Assembly: GCA_025980505.1 (NCBI GenBank)
Contig: JAICXI010000001.1
Location: forward strand, 1-28,278
Direction of reading: 5' to 3'
DNA: 28,278 nucleotides
Source: a bacterium
Lineage (GTDB): Bacteria > Oederibacteriota > Muellerivitia > Muellerivitales > Muellerivitaceae
Within the stretch, counting starts at the first letter, position 1. Every line of letters begins with the position of its first letter. Below are positions 7,806 through 14,838 of the stretch, in pieces. The translations under genes were made by a program, and so were the position numbers. The notes under the pieces are model-generated. The model was not told the origin of the DNA. It did no database searches and worked only from the letters and a program-made list of their open reading frames with translations.

Positions 7806-9772
7806 TGAAAATTATTTTATTTTTAATCCTGATTTGGTTTCCGACGATGAGCTGCTGGGCGCTGTCGCCCATGCAAAGCTTCCAGGACTTGGTGGCGGGT
7901 GAAGGAACCGATGGATTGAAAGATGGGCCTTTTTATTCGGCACTTTTTCATTCACCCACGGGATTGGCTCTTAATTCCAACGGAAGCAAGTTATATGTCG
8001 CCGATCGGGAAAACAACTGCATCCGGGTTGTAGACCTGGCCGCAGGAAACTATGTTTCCACTTTAACGGGCTGTCTTGAGGCGGGCTATTTGGATGGGCC
8101 CCTTTCCAAGGCACGGTGGAATGGACCCATTGGGTTGATTTACCTGCCGGGTGACCGCTTGGTGGTCAATGATACGGGCAACAAGAGGATCCGAGAGATC
8201 GATTTGCAGGAAAAAACGGTTCAAACGTTGGCTGGAAACGGTCAAACAGGACTCCAAGATGGAAAGGGTCTTCAAAATCCGTTGGGGCCCATTTGGAGCA
8301 TGGCTTACCTTCCCGCCCAAGATTCGGTTTATTTCACCCAGCCAGATTTTAAGGCACTCCGGCGGTTGAAATTGGGAAGCGGGGAAGTTTCGACTGTCTT
8401 TTCGGAGGAGCCACGGCTTCCCCGTCCCACGGCCCTTTTTGTCATGGACGAAAAAATCTATATCGCCGAAGGCGATGAGGGGCAGGTTTACGAACTCATT
8501 CCCCATGACAAGGTTGAAAAAATCGACGCGAGTGCTTTTGATTGGGTGTCTCTGGGAAAGGGCGGGAAGATATTGTGCCTTGCGGGTTCGGACGGGACTT
8601 TGTACGCCTTGCGTACCGATGAGCATTTCCCTTTGGTTCGGTTTTCACCTCAAGCAACTCCGGTGGGCCTTTTGACCGTTTGGGGGGGCCCAATCCAAGA
8701 TTCACTCTCCGGGACTTTCTTTAAGGATGTTTTATCCCCTTCGCCCATGGCCATGGTTGTCGATCCCCGTACGCCGCACAAATTTTATATCGCCCACCCT
8801 CTTTTAAATATTGTGACTTCTTTCCGTGACCTGTGTTTGACCGAACGGGGTGGACTTTGGAATTTAAACAAGGGAGGGCTTACCGACTTTGATTACCCTT
8901 TTTCAAAACCGCCGGGGGTATACCGTATTCTTCTGGTGGGCGATTCCCACATCATGACAATTGCGGGACAAGGACCAACGCTCTCCGTTTTCAAGGCGAA
9001 TATGGAGACGCTGGCCAAAAGGATGGAGCTGATGCTTAATACCCTCGCGGCCATGGAAGACCTACCAACCCGTTTTGAGGTGCTGACGGATGGGAGAGTT
9101 GCCGGCGAAGTCTTAAATCTGTGGCCCTATTATTCCGTTCCTGCGATCGCACAGAAGTACGATATTGACACAGTGCTTTTTTGTTTGACGCCTAACTACA
9201 CCGATTACGTGTATTTTCTCAGGCCTTTAACGAAGGAAGGTATTCCTTCCGAAAAGGACGACCCTGAATATATTTTAAAGCCGATCCAGGATAGGATTCC
9301 GGAAGGATTGCCGCGCCGATTTATCGAACTTTGTCAGGCAAAAAATTTGGTATCTATTGAGGGAAACCAATTTCATTTCTCTCCATTGGCGGATCTGGTT
9401 CAAGATTCCCAAATAAGAAAGTGTATGGTCGATCTCTATAGCCGCCCCTTGAAGTTACTGAAGGAAAAACTGGCTTCTCAAAAGACATCCGGCGGACATG
9501 CCGGAAATTTGGATATCTGTTTGATACCTTGGGCAAAATTTTACCCTTTTGAAAAGGAAAAACCCTTTTGGGAAGACGTACTCAAGGAAGTCGGAGGACC
9601 CTCCACGGATCTTTCCGACCTTTTGACGGCCTTTCGTGTTAGTTTTTATCCTCTTTCGGAGATAGATGGGAACGATCATTACACCGCCGAAGGACAGGGG
9701 CTGATTGCTTTTGTGTTGACCCAGGAATTGATTCGCCAGAAACTCTTTCCTTTTTCATCCTCTCAAAAATGA
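7805..9772 (+). CDS. Secreted NHL-repeat + SGNH-like domain protein (paralog 3)
   Basis: Signal peptide MKIILFLILIWFPTMSCWA|LSPM; NHL repeats (FHSPTGLALNSNGSKLYVADRENNCIRVVD); KPPGVYRILLVGDS; GNDHYTAEG. Confidence 0.85.
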   Translation: MKIILFLILIWFPTMSCWALSPMQSFQDLVAGEGTDGLKDGPFYSALFHSPTGLALNSNGSKLYVADRENNCIRVVDLAAGNYVSTLTGCLEAGYLDGPLSKARWNGPIGLIYLPGDRLVVNDTGNKRIREIDLQEKTVQTLAGNGQTGLQDGKGLQNPLGPIWSMAYLPAQDSVYFTQPDFKALRRLKLGSGEVSTVFSEEPRLPRPTALFVMDEKIYIAEGDEGQVYELIPHDKVEKIDASAFDWVSLGKGGKILCLAGSDGTLYALRTDEHFPLVRFSPQATPVGLLTVWGGPIQDSLSGTFFKDVLSPSPMAMVVDPRTPHKFYIAHPLLNIVTSFRDLCLTERGGLWNLNKGGLTDFDYPFSKPPGVYRILLVGDSHIMTIAGQGPTLSVFKANMETLAKRMELMLNTLAAMEDLPTRFEVLTDGRVAGEVLNLWPYYSVPAIAQKYDIDTVLFCLTPNYTDYVYFLRPLTKEGIPSEKDDPEYILKPIQDRIPEGLPRRFIELCQAKNLVSIEGNQFHFSPLADLVQDSQIRKCMVDLYSRPLKLLKEKLASQKTSGGHAGNLDICLIPWAKFYPFEKEKPFWEDVLKEVGGPSTDLSDLLTAFRVSFYPLSEIDGNDHYTAEGQGLIAFVLTQELIRQKLFPFSSSQK

Positions 9773-9775
9773 TTT

Positions 9776-9823
9776 CCTTCCGCAGAACTCCAAAAAATTT
9801 TTGACAAGTTTGATATTTTCTGA
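9776..9823 (+). pseudogene. Relic second copy of the 3' end of the 172-aa gene
   Basis: Reads PSAELQKIFDKFDIF* versus PSDEALQKAFDKFDLF* of the 7287-7805 gene; 9789-9823 vs 7771-7805 match at 28/35 nt by manual alignment. Confidence 0.75.
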
Positions 9824-9982
9824 AGGTTAAATCTTTAAATTTCCCTACAAATGAGGCTATTTTCCAGGTTATTTAATTAGGAAATCGGTATCCTTTTGAA
9901 TACAATCTCCACCTAGCCGGTCGAGTTGCTTTATTGCCCTATCAATGACCCGCCCGAATTGATTCATCCCAAGGAGATTGAT

Positions 9983-11287
9983 ATGAAATTTAGAATTTTA
10001 GGAGTAATCCTCCTCCTGGCCGGGTCTTCCATTCTGATGATCGGTTGCCCCGGCAGCAGTCCCAGTTCCCCCGCAGCCCCCACGGCGACGCCCACCTTCA
10101 CGAACACGGTCTGCATGAACGCCAGCGGCACGCCTTGTACTTCCACGCCGACTTTCACCTTCACGGATACGGCCACGGCCACGGATACGGTGACGGATAC
10201 GGCCACGGGCACGCCGACCCATACGGCTACCGCCACTTATACCCGGACGGAAACGGGTACGCCGACGGATACGGCGACATCCACGGCGACCGGTACGCCG
10301 ACGAACACGGCGACCGTAACCGACACCCCCACGGTCACCCCTACTCCAACCGATACCTTAAGCCCCACGCCGACGGGCTCCGATACGCCCACTTTTACGG
10401 CCACCTCCACGGTCACTTTCACCCCAACGCGGACGGCCACGGACACCGCCACAGCCACCAACACGGTCTTCTCATGCGCGTCCACCGATACCTTCACCCC
10501 GACGCCTTCCGGCGGCAATTCCATTTCCGTGACCGTGCACGTGACGGGCGGGACGATCAACGCTTCCCATCCTGTTTTTGTCCATGTGGACAACACCTCC
10601 CTGGGAAGCCCGACGACCTCGTTTGAGGGAAACGCGAACATCCTATCCAATAACGGCGTCAATAAGTTCACCGGAATTCCGTCGGGTAGTGACGCCAGCT
10701 GCATTGTGGCGGCTTTCTTTGACCCCGCCAATGCGATCAACCCTTATAAGGCCGATCATGGCGGCGACATCAATGTGGGGGGGTATTTTGTGGGCTGGAA
10801 CGGGTCCTCCACCGGCACCTGCAGTTTCGGTTCCCTGACGGCGGTCACCGCTTCCAGCAGCGCGGGAGTGTCCCTTTACCTTGGAACCACTTGCGTGGTA
10901 AACGGCTTAAGCGGCGCCTTGTCCTACACCGGGAGCGGAACGGTGGATAACTGCCGGTCGATCGTTGTGCAGATTTCCACCGGCGGACCCTCTTTTTCGA
11001 ACTTCAACGCCGGGATGGTGACCAATGGGATTAGCACGCCTTTCGCCACTACCTCCGGCAATTCCCAAAGGTATGACATCATTCCCAATAACCAGTACAT
11101 CGGGGGAGGGGACCCAACGTCTTATTACATCAGGGCCTATTATGATTCCAACGCGACCGGAGGTTGGTCCAACCCGCCTTCCGCGGGGGAGCCTTGCAAA
11201 CAGTTGACGGGGACCTTTACCACCTCCAGCGCGCAACAAGCGGGGTTAAACATCACCTTCAGCGATACGGATAGTTGCGGTAATTAA
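9983..11287 (+). CDS. Lipoprotein with Thr-rich (TxT/TPT) stalk and Cys-containing beta-rich C-terminal region (paralog A)
   Basis: AAGGAG at 9971-9976 and ATG at 9983; lipobox-like ILMIG|C22; long Thr-alternating tract; Gly/Ser/Thr/Asn-rich C-terminal region. Confidence 0.85.
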   Translation: MKFRILGVILLLAGSSILMIGCPGSSPSSPAAPTATPTFTNTVCMNASGTPCTSTPTFTFTDTATATDTVTDTATGTPTHTATATYTRTETGTPTDTATSTATGTPTNTATVTDTPTVTPTPTDTLSPTPTGSDTPTFTATSTVTFTPTRTATDTATATNTVFSCASTDTFTPTPSGGNSISVTVHVTGGTINASHPVFVHVDNTSLGSPTTSFEGNANILSNNGVNKFTGIPSGSDASCIVAAFFDPANAINPYKADHGGDINVGGYFVGWNGSSTGTCSFGSLTAVTASSSAGVSLYLGTTCVVNGLSGALSYTGSGTVDNCRSIVVQISTGGPSFSNFNAGMVTNGISTPFATTSGNSQRYDIIPNNQYIGGGDPTSYYIRAYYDSNATGGWSNPPSAGEPCKQLTGTFTTSSAQQAGLNITFSDTDSCGN

Positions 11288-11297
11288 TACCAAGGTT

Positions 11298-11334
11298 AAA
11301 GGCCCGGTTCCTATTGAGGAGCCGGGCCTTTTTT
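11298..11334 (+). terminator. Rho-independent terminator
   Basis: AAAGGCCCGGTTCCT-ATTG-AGGAGCCGGGCCTTT followed by a T run. Confidence 0.9.
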
Positions 11335-11741
11335 GTTTGTGAAGCCGGTTAAGGCCCGCAGTCTTTAAGAAAAACCTTTTGGACCCACCTTCCAATCGCT
11401 AGGCCGACATCCTTTCGCCTTAACTATTCTTGGCAGCCGTCCCTATTCCATAGCCCCTCGCGGAAAGTTTTTCCTTCCGTGATCGAACGAAAAGGGGTTT
11501 TAAACATTCACTTCCAAATTGGATGTAATTTCCTCACGGAAATAAACGTTGAAAATGGAATGTTTCTTTCGGCCGCCGCCACTGCTCCATCCCCGCCTCA
11601 CCCCTAATTTCCACCCCCGGGGTTGATATTACTTTGGAAAGAAGCCGGGGATAATCCTTTGGGTTAAAGGAAAACATCAGGTTGCCGCCGGTCCCTTGAG
11701 GTAGGCCCCAACCCTTCCATTCAAATCCCAAGGAGAAACTT

Positions 11742-12968
11742 ATGAAAGTTCGCTTGTTTGGAGCCTTTTCACTTCTCGCTTTTGCCTCCATCCTGGTCAC
11801 CGGCTGTCCCGGCAACAGTCCCACTTCCCCGGCGGCACCCACCGCCACCTTCACCTTTACCGATACGCCCTGCATGAATGCCGGCGGCACGCCCTGCACC
11901 TCCACGCCAACCTTCACGGACACGGATACGGCCACGGACACGGCCACCGGCACGCCGACCAGCACCGGGACCAGCACCTATACCAGGACCTTCACCTTTA
12001 CGGCCACCGATACGGCCACCGCCACTTCCACGGGGACGCCGACCAGTACGCCCACGGTTACCGATACCCCGACCATCACGGATACGCCGACCGAGACCTT
12101 GAGCCCCACCCCGACGGGTTCGGATACGGCGACCTTCACGCGAACCAGCACGCCTTCGTCGACACCAACCAAAACATCAACCAATACACCTGTCGTGCCG
12201 ACCAACACGGCTACCCTGTGTCCCACCCAAAGCTTCACGCCGACCCCCCTTGCTAACGGCTATTCCATCTCGGGAAGCGTCGGTTTTTCGGGAACTGGGG
12301 TGAACGGATCCCACCCCCTCCAAGTCGTGGCTTTTGATACGAATGGAAACAATGGAAACCCCTACGACCTGGTGACCACCAACAACAGTTCCTATACAAT
12401 CCAGGGACTTTCGGCGGGCGCCACTTATATGGTTGTGGCCTTCTTCAACCCCTCCGTCACCGGGTTTAGCTGGCCCCCGGCGCTGGGCAGCTATGCCGCG
12501 ATGTATGGGACCTCCTCCTGCACCGTCAGCCTTGCGTCGCCCATCATCGTGAGCGGTGCCATGACCAGCAAGAACGTCACGATTGGGACCGCCAATCTCA
12601 TCAACGGTTACGGCGGGACCGCCAGTTACAGCGGAAGCTTGGGACGCGTGGATGGGTGCCATGGAATCATCGTCGAGCTTTTCCCGACCGGCACGACGCT
12701 TTACGGCGCTTCCAACAGCGTTACGGCCGTCAGCAGCAACAACGACGCCTATGTGCAAACCAACGGAGGGAGTTTCACCCTGGTGGGGGGCAAGGGCGGC
12801 GGTAACGCCTGCGCCGGCCAAACGGTGAACATCCTGGCCTACTATAACGCGGGGACAGGGGGCTGTTGCGGCATCCAGTCCGGCGACCCCTATGTGTTCC
12901 TGCAAAACCAGGCTTCCGGCACCTCGCCGAGCCTCACGATCAGCCTGACGGATTCCCAAACTTATTGA
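11742..12968 (+). CDS. Lipoprotein with Thr-rich stalk (paralog B)
   Basis: AAGGAG RBS; ILVTG|C22; same [16 protein letters not shown]...CMNAxGTPC N-terminus as paralog A; divergent C-terminal region. Confidence 0.85.
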   Translation: MKVRLFGAFSLLAFASILVTGCPGNSPTSPAAPTATFTFTDTPCMNAGGTPCTSTPTFTDTDTATDTATGTPTSTGTSTYTRTFTFTATDTATATSTGTPTSTPTVTDTPTITDTPTETLSPTPTGSDTATFTRTSTPSSTPTKTSTNTPVVPTNTATLCPTQSFTPTPLANGYSISGSVGFSGTGVNGSHPLQVVAFDTNGNNGNPYDLVTTNNSSYTIQGLSAGATYMVVAFFNPSVTGFSWPPALGSYAAMYGTSSCTVSLASPIIVSGAMTSKNVTIGTANLINGYGGTASYSGSLGRVDGCHGIIVELFPTGTTLYGASNSVTAVSSNNDAYVQTNGGSFTLVGGKGGGNACAGQTVNILAYYNAGTGGCCGIQSGDPYVFLQNQASGTSPSLTISLTDSQTY

Positions 12969-12992
12969 ACCGGGCGAAAGAACGGGTTTTAC

Positions 12993-13023
12993 AAAGCCCG
13001 GGCCGAAAGGCCCGGGCTTTTTT
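12993..13023 (+). terminator. Rho-independent terminator
   Basis: Perfect 12-bp stem AAAGCCCGGGCC-GAAA-GGCCCGGGCTTT plus T run. Confidence 0.9.
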
Positions 13024-13051
13024 ATTTGGGTTTTTCACGGTCGGATGTTCC

Positions 13052-13080
13052 TTGAAATGGGCCTTTTTTCCGAATAAACT
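13052..13080 (+). promoter_or_regulatory. Sigma70-type promoter for tRNA-Val
   Basis: TTGAAA-N17-TAAACT followed by a GC-rich stretch, 41 nt upstream of the tRNA. Confidence 0.6.
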
Positions 13081-13121
13081 ACGTCCCCCAAAGGGCGGGT
13101 CCGCCCGCGCTTGACGACCTT

Positions 13122-13198
13122 GGACATTTAGCTCAGCTGGTTAGAGCGTCGCGTTCACATCGCGAAGGTCACTGGTTCGAGTCCAGTAATGTCCACCA
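13122..13198 (+). tRNA. tRNA-Val (anticodon CAC)
   Basis: 77-nt cloverleaf: acceptor GGACATT/AATGTCC, D stem GCTC/GAGC, anticodon arm TCGCG-TTCACAT-CGCGA, T arm ACTGG-TTCGAGT-CCAGT, encoded CCA. Confidence 0.98.
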
Positions 13199-13201
13199 TC
13201 C

Positions 13202-13239
13202 AAACCCGTACTTCCCGTTAGGGAAGTACGGGTTTTTTT
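13202..13239 (+). terminator. Rho-independent terminator after tRNA-Val
   Basis: Perfect 15-bp stem AAACCCGTACTTCCC-GTTA-GGGAAGTACGGGTTT plus T run. Confidence 0.9.
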
Positions 13240-13267
13240 ATTGGGACAGGACTGGAGGAGAACCAGG

Positions 13268-13342
13268 AAGGGGTATGGGGAAGGCTTCCCCATGCCGTTG
13301 AAAGGGGTCCACAGGGGGGATTTCCCCTGTGGGAGCGAAGCG
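13268..13342. repeat. Double-hairpin REP-like element, copy A
   Basis: AAGGGGTATGGGGAAGGCTTCCCCATGCCGTTGAAAGGGGTCCACAGGGGGGATTTCCCCTGTGGGAGCGAAGC aligns end to end with 19739-19806. Confidence 0.75.
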
Positions 13343-13343
13343 A

Positions 13344-13368
13344 GGTTCGATGTCCGTCATGGCCACCA
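13344..13368 (+). repeat. Degenerate duplicate of the tRNA-Val 3' end (att-like relic)
   Basis: GGTTCGATGTCCGTCATGGCCACCA vs tRNA 13174-13198 GGTTCGAGTCCAGTAATGTCCACCA: 19/25 ungapped. Confidence 0.6.
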
Positions 13369-13457
13369 CCTGAACCGCCCTCCCCGGAAGAAGAGGAGCG
13401 GTTTTTGGTTGGGAGGGATGCCAACCTGACACTTCTCATGGTCCATCCGCCGCCCTC

Positions 13458-13466
13458 TGCTACAAT
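13458..13466 (+). promoter_or_regulatory. Extended -10 promoter, probably giving a leaderless SRAP mRNA
   Basis: TG-C-TACAAT ends 6 nt before ATG 13473; no Shine-Dalgarno sequence. Confidence 0.5.
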
Positions 13467-13472
13467 ACCCGC

Positions 13473-14156
13473 ATGTGCTCGCGATTCGTCCTTAAAAGCA
13501 CCTCGAAAACCGTCGCCCGCTTGCTCCAATTGGAGAAAACCCTCGATTGGAAACCCCGCTATAACGTGGCGCCTTCCCAGAAGATCCCGGCGGTCCTCCG
13601 TCCCTTGGGCAACAAGCAACGGGAGATGAAGCTTCTGCAGTGGGGGTTCGTGGCTTCCTGGACCCAGGGCGGGAGGCTTTTGGTGAACGTGCAAAGCGAG
13701 AACATCGGCGAGAAACCCCTCTTGGCCGAATCCTTTGAGAAGTGGCGCTGCCTCATTCCCGCTTTTTACGAGTGGCGGCACGAAGCCAGGGAAACCCGGC
13801 CCTACTATATCCGGATGAAGGACGGGCAACCTTTCGCTTTGGCCGGTTTATGGGCCCCCCAAAAATTGGAGGACAAGACGCTGGAAGTCTGCGCCATCCT
13901 GACCACCACGCCCAACGAAGTGGTGCGGGTGGTCCACGACCGGATGCCGGTGATCGTGGGCCCCCGGCATTACGACCTGTGGCTCAATTCGGAGGATGTG
14001 CGGGATTTCCGGGAGATCGAAAAGCTCTTCCGCCCTTACCCGGCAGACGGGATGGAAGTCCGCCAGGTAAGCGCCTGGGTCAACAACGTCGCGCATGACG
14101 ACGAGAAATGCATCGAGCCGTCCAACGAGCCCGAAACGATGTCCTTCGACTTCTAA
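13473..14156 (+). CDS. SOS response-associated peptidase (SRAP/YedK/HMCES family), abasic-site protecting protein
   Basis: N-terminal MCSRF (Cys2), RYNVAPSQ, FYEW, FALAGLW, HDRMPVI. Confidence 0.92.
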   Translation: MCSRFVLKSTSKTVARLLQLEKTLDWKPRYNVAPSQKIPAVLRPLGNKQREMKLLQWGFVASWTQGGRLLVNVQSENIGEKPLLAESFEKWRCLIPAFYEWRHEARETRPYYIRMKDGQPFALAGLWAPQKLEDKTLEVCAILTTTPNEVVRVVHDRMPVIVGPRHYDLWLNSEDVRDFREIEKLFRPYPADGMEVRQVSAWVNNVAHDDEKCIEPSNEPETMSFDF

Positions 14157-14231
14157 ACAGGCCCTTCAATAACCCAAACCCGCTGGGCTCGCGGCGGCGC
14201 CTTTGGCATTCCCAAGGCGGCTTGGAAAATC

Positions 14232-14699
14232 CTATTTCCGGTTTCCACGGAAGACGGCGGAATTGTCGGGCGTTTCCCAAAGCCCCACTTCGGCCAAGCG
14301 GACCTTCTCCCTTTGGAGGGACGGCTCCAACAGCTTCCAAATGACCTGGGCCATGTTTTCAGCGGTGGGTTGGAAAGCCGGGTTGGTTTTAAAAGGCTCC
14401 ACTTCCTTGTTGATGAAACGGTGGTCGAAGCGGGCGAAAACCTCCCTTTTCAGGATCTCCTTCAGCACGCGGAAATCCATCACGAACCCCGTGGAGGGGT
14501 CCACCCGCCCCCGCACCGCCACCCTCAGCCGGTAGGAATGGCCGTGGGGATAATGGGAGGCCTTGGGGTCGTCCTTGCGGTAACCCGAGCATTTCCGGAA
14601 GACCTCCAGGTTCTTGGCGCGGTCCCATTTTGGATTATGCAGGTAATGGGCGGCCTCGAAGGTGATTTCCTTGGCGATTTCAGCTGGAATTTTTTCCAT
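14232..14699 (-). CDS. queD: 6-carboxytetrahydropterin / 6-pyruvoyl-tetrahydropterin synthase (QueD/PTPS family)
   Basis: ATG at 14699 after GAGG; FEAAH, C...HGHSY, DPSTGFVMDF, PTAENMA, VGLWETP. Confidence 0.85.
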   Translation of the reverse strand: MEKIPAEIAKEITFEAAHYLHNPKWDRAKNLEVFRKCSGYRKDDPKASHYPHGHSYRLRVAVRGRVDPSTGFVMDFRVLKEILKREVFARFDHRFINKEVEPFKTNPAFQPTAENMAQVIWKLLEPSLQREKVRLAEVGLWETPDNSAVFRGNRK

Positions 14700-14838
14700 A
14701 AAAACCTCATGCGAAATGAACTTGAAAGGCCCCGTCCACCGCTGCTTTGACGACCCGGTTAGTTTCCGGATCGATTTTTTTGACCGGCCGCCCGGTTTTA
14801 TCAAGGCTTGAATCCCTTTGCGTCTCGGCGTCCTTGCG

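Noticed and set aside
11335-11741. Riboswitch or sRNA in the 407-bp gap between the lipoprotein genes
   Set aside because: Only short alternative pairings (11459-11467, 11475-11482, 11534-11541) were seen; no match to riboswitch consensus motifs I know. An Rfam scan would be needed.
10080-12250. Repetitive ACG/ACC-rich DNA as CRISPR array or VNTR
   Set aside because: The repeats are in-frame Thr codons of the lipoprotein stalks; no constant repeat-spacer structure and no cas genes.
13199-14156. Prophage or genomic island integrated at tRNA-Val
   Set aside because: No integrase or phage genes; only a 25-nt relic. SRAP alone is not diagnostic.
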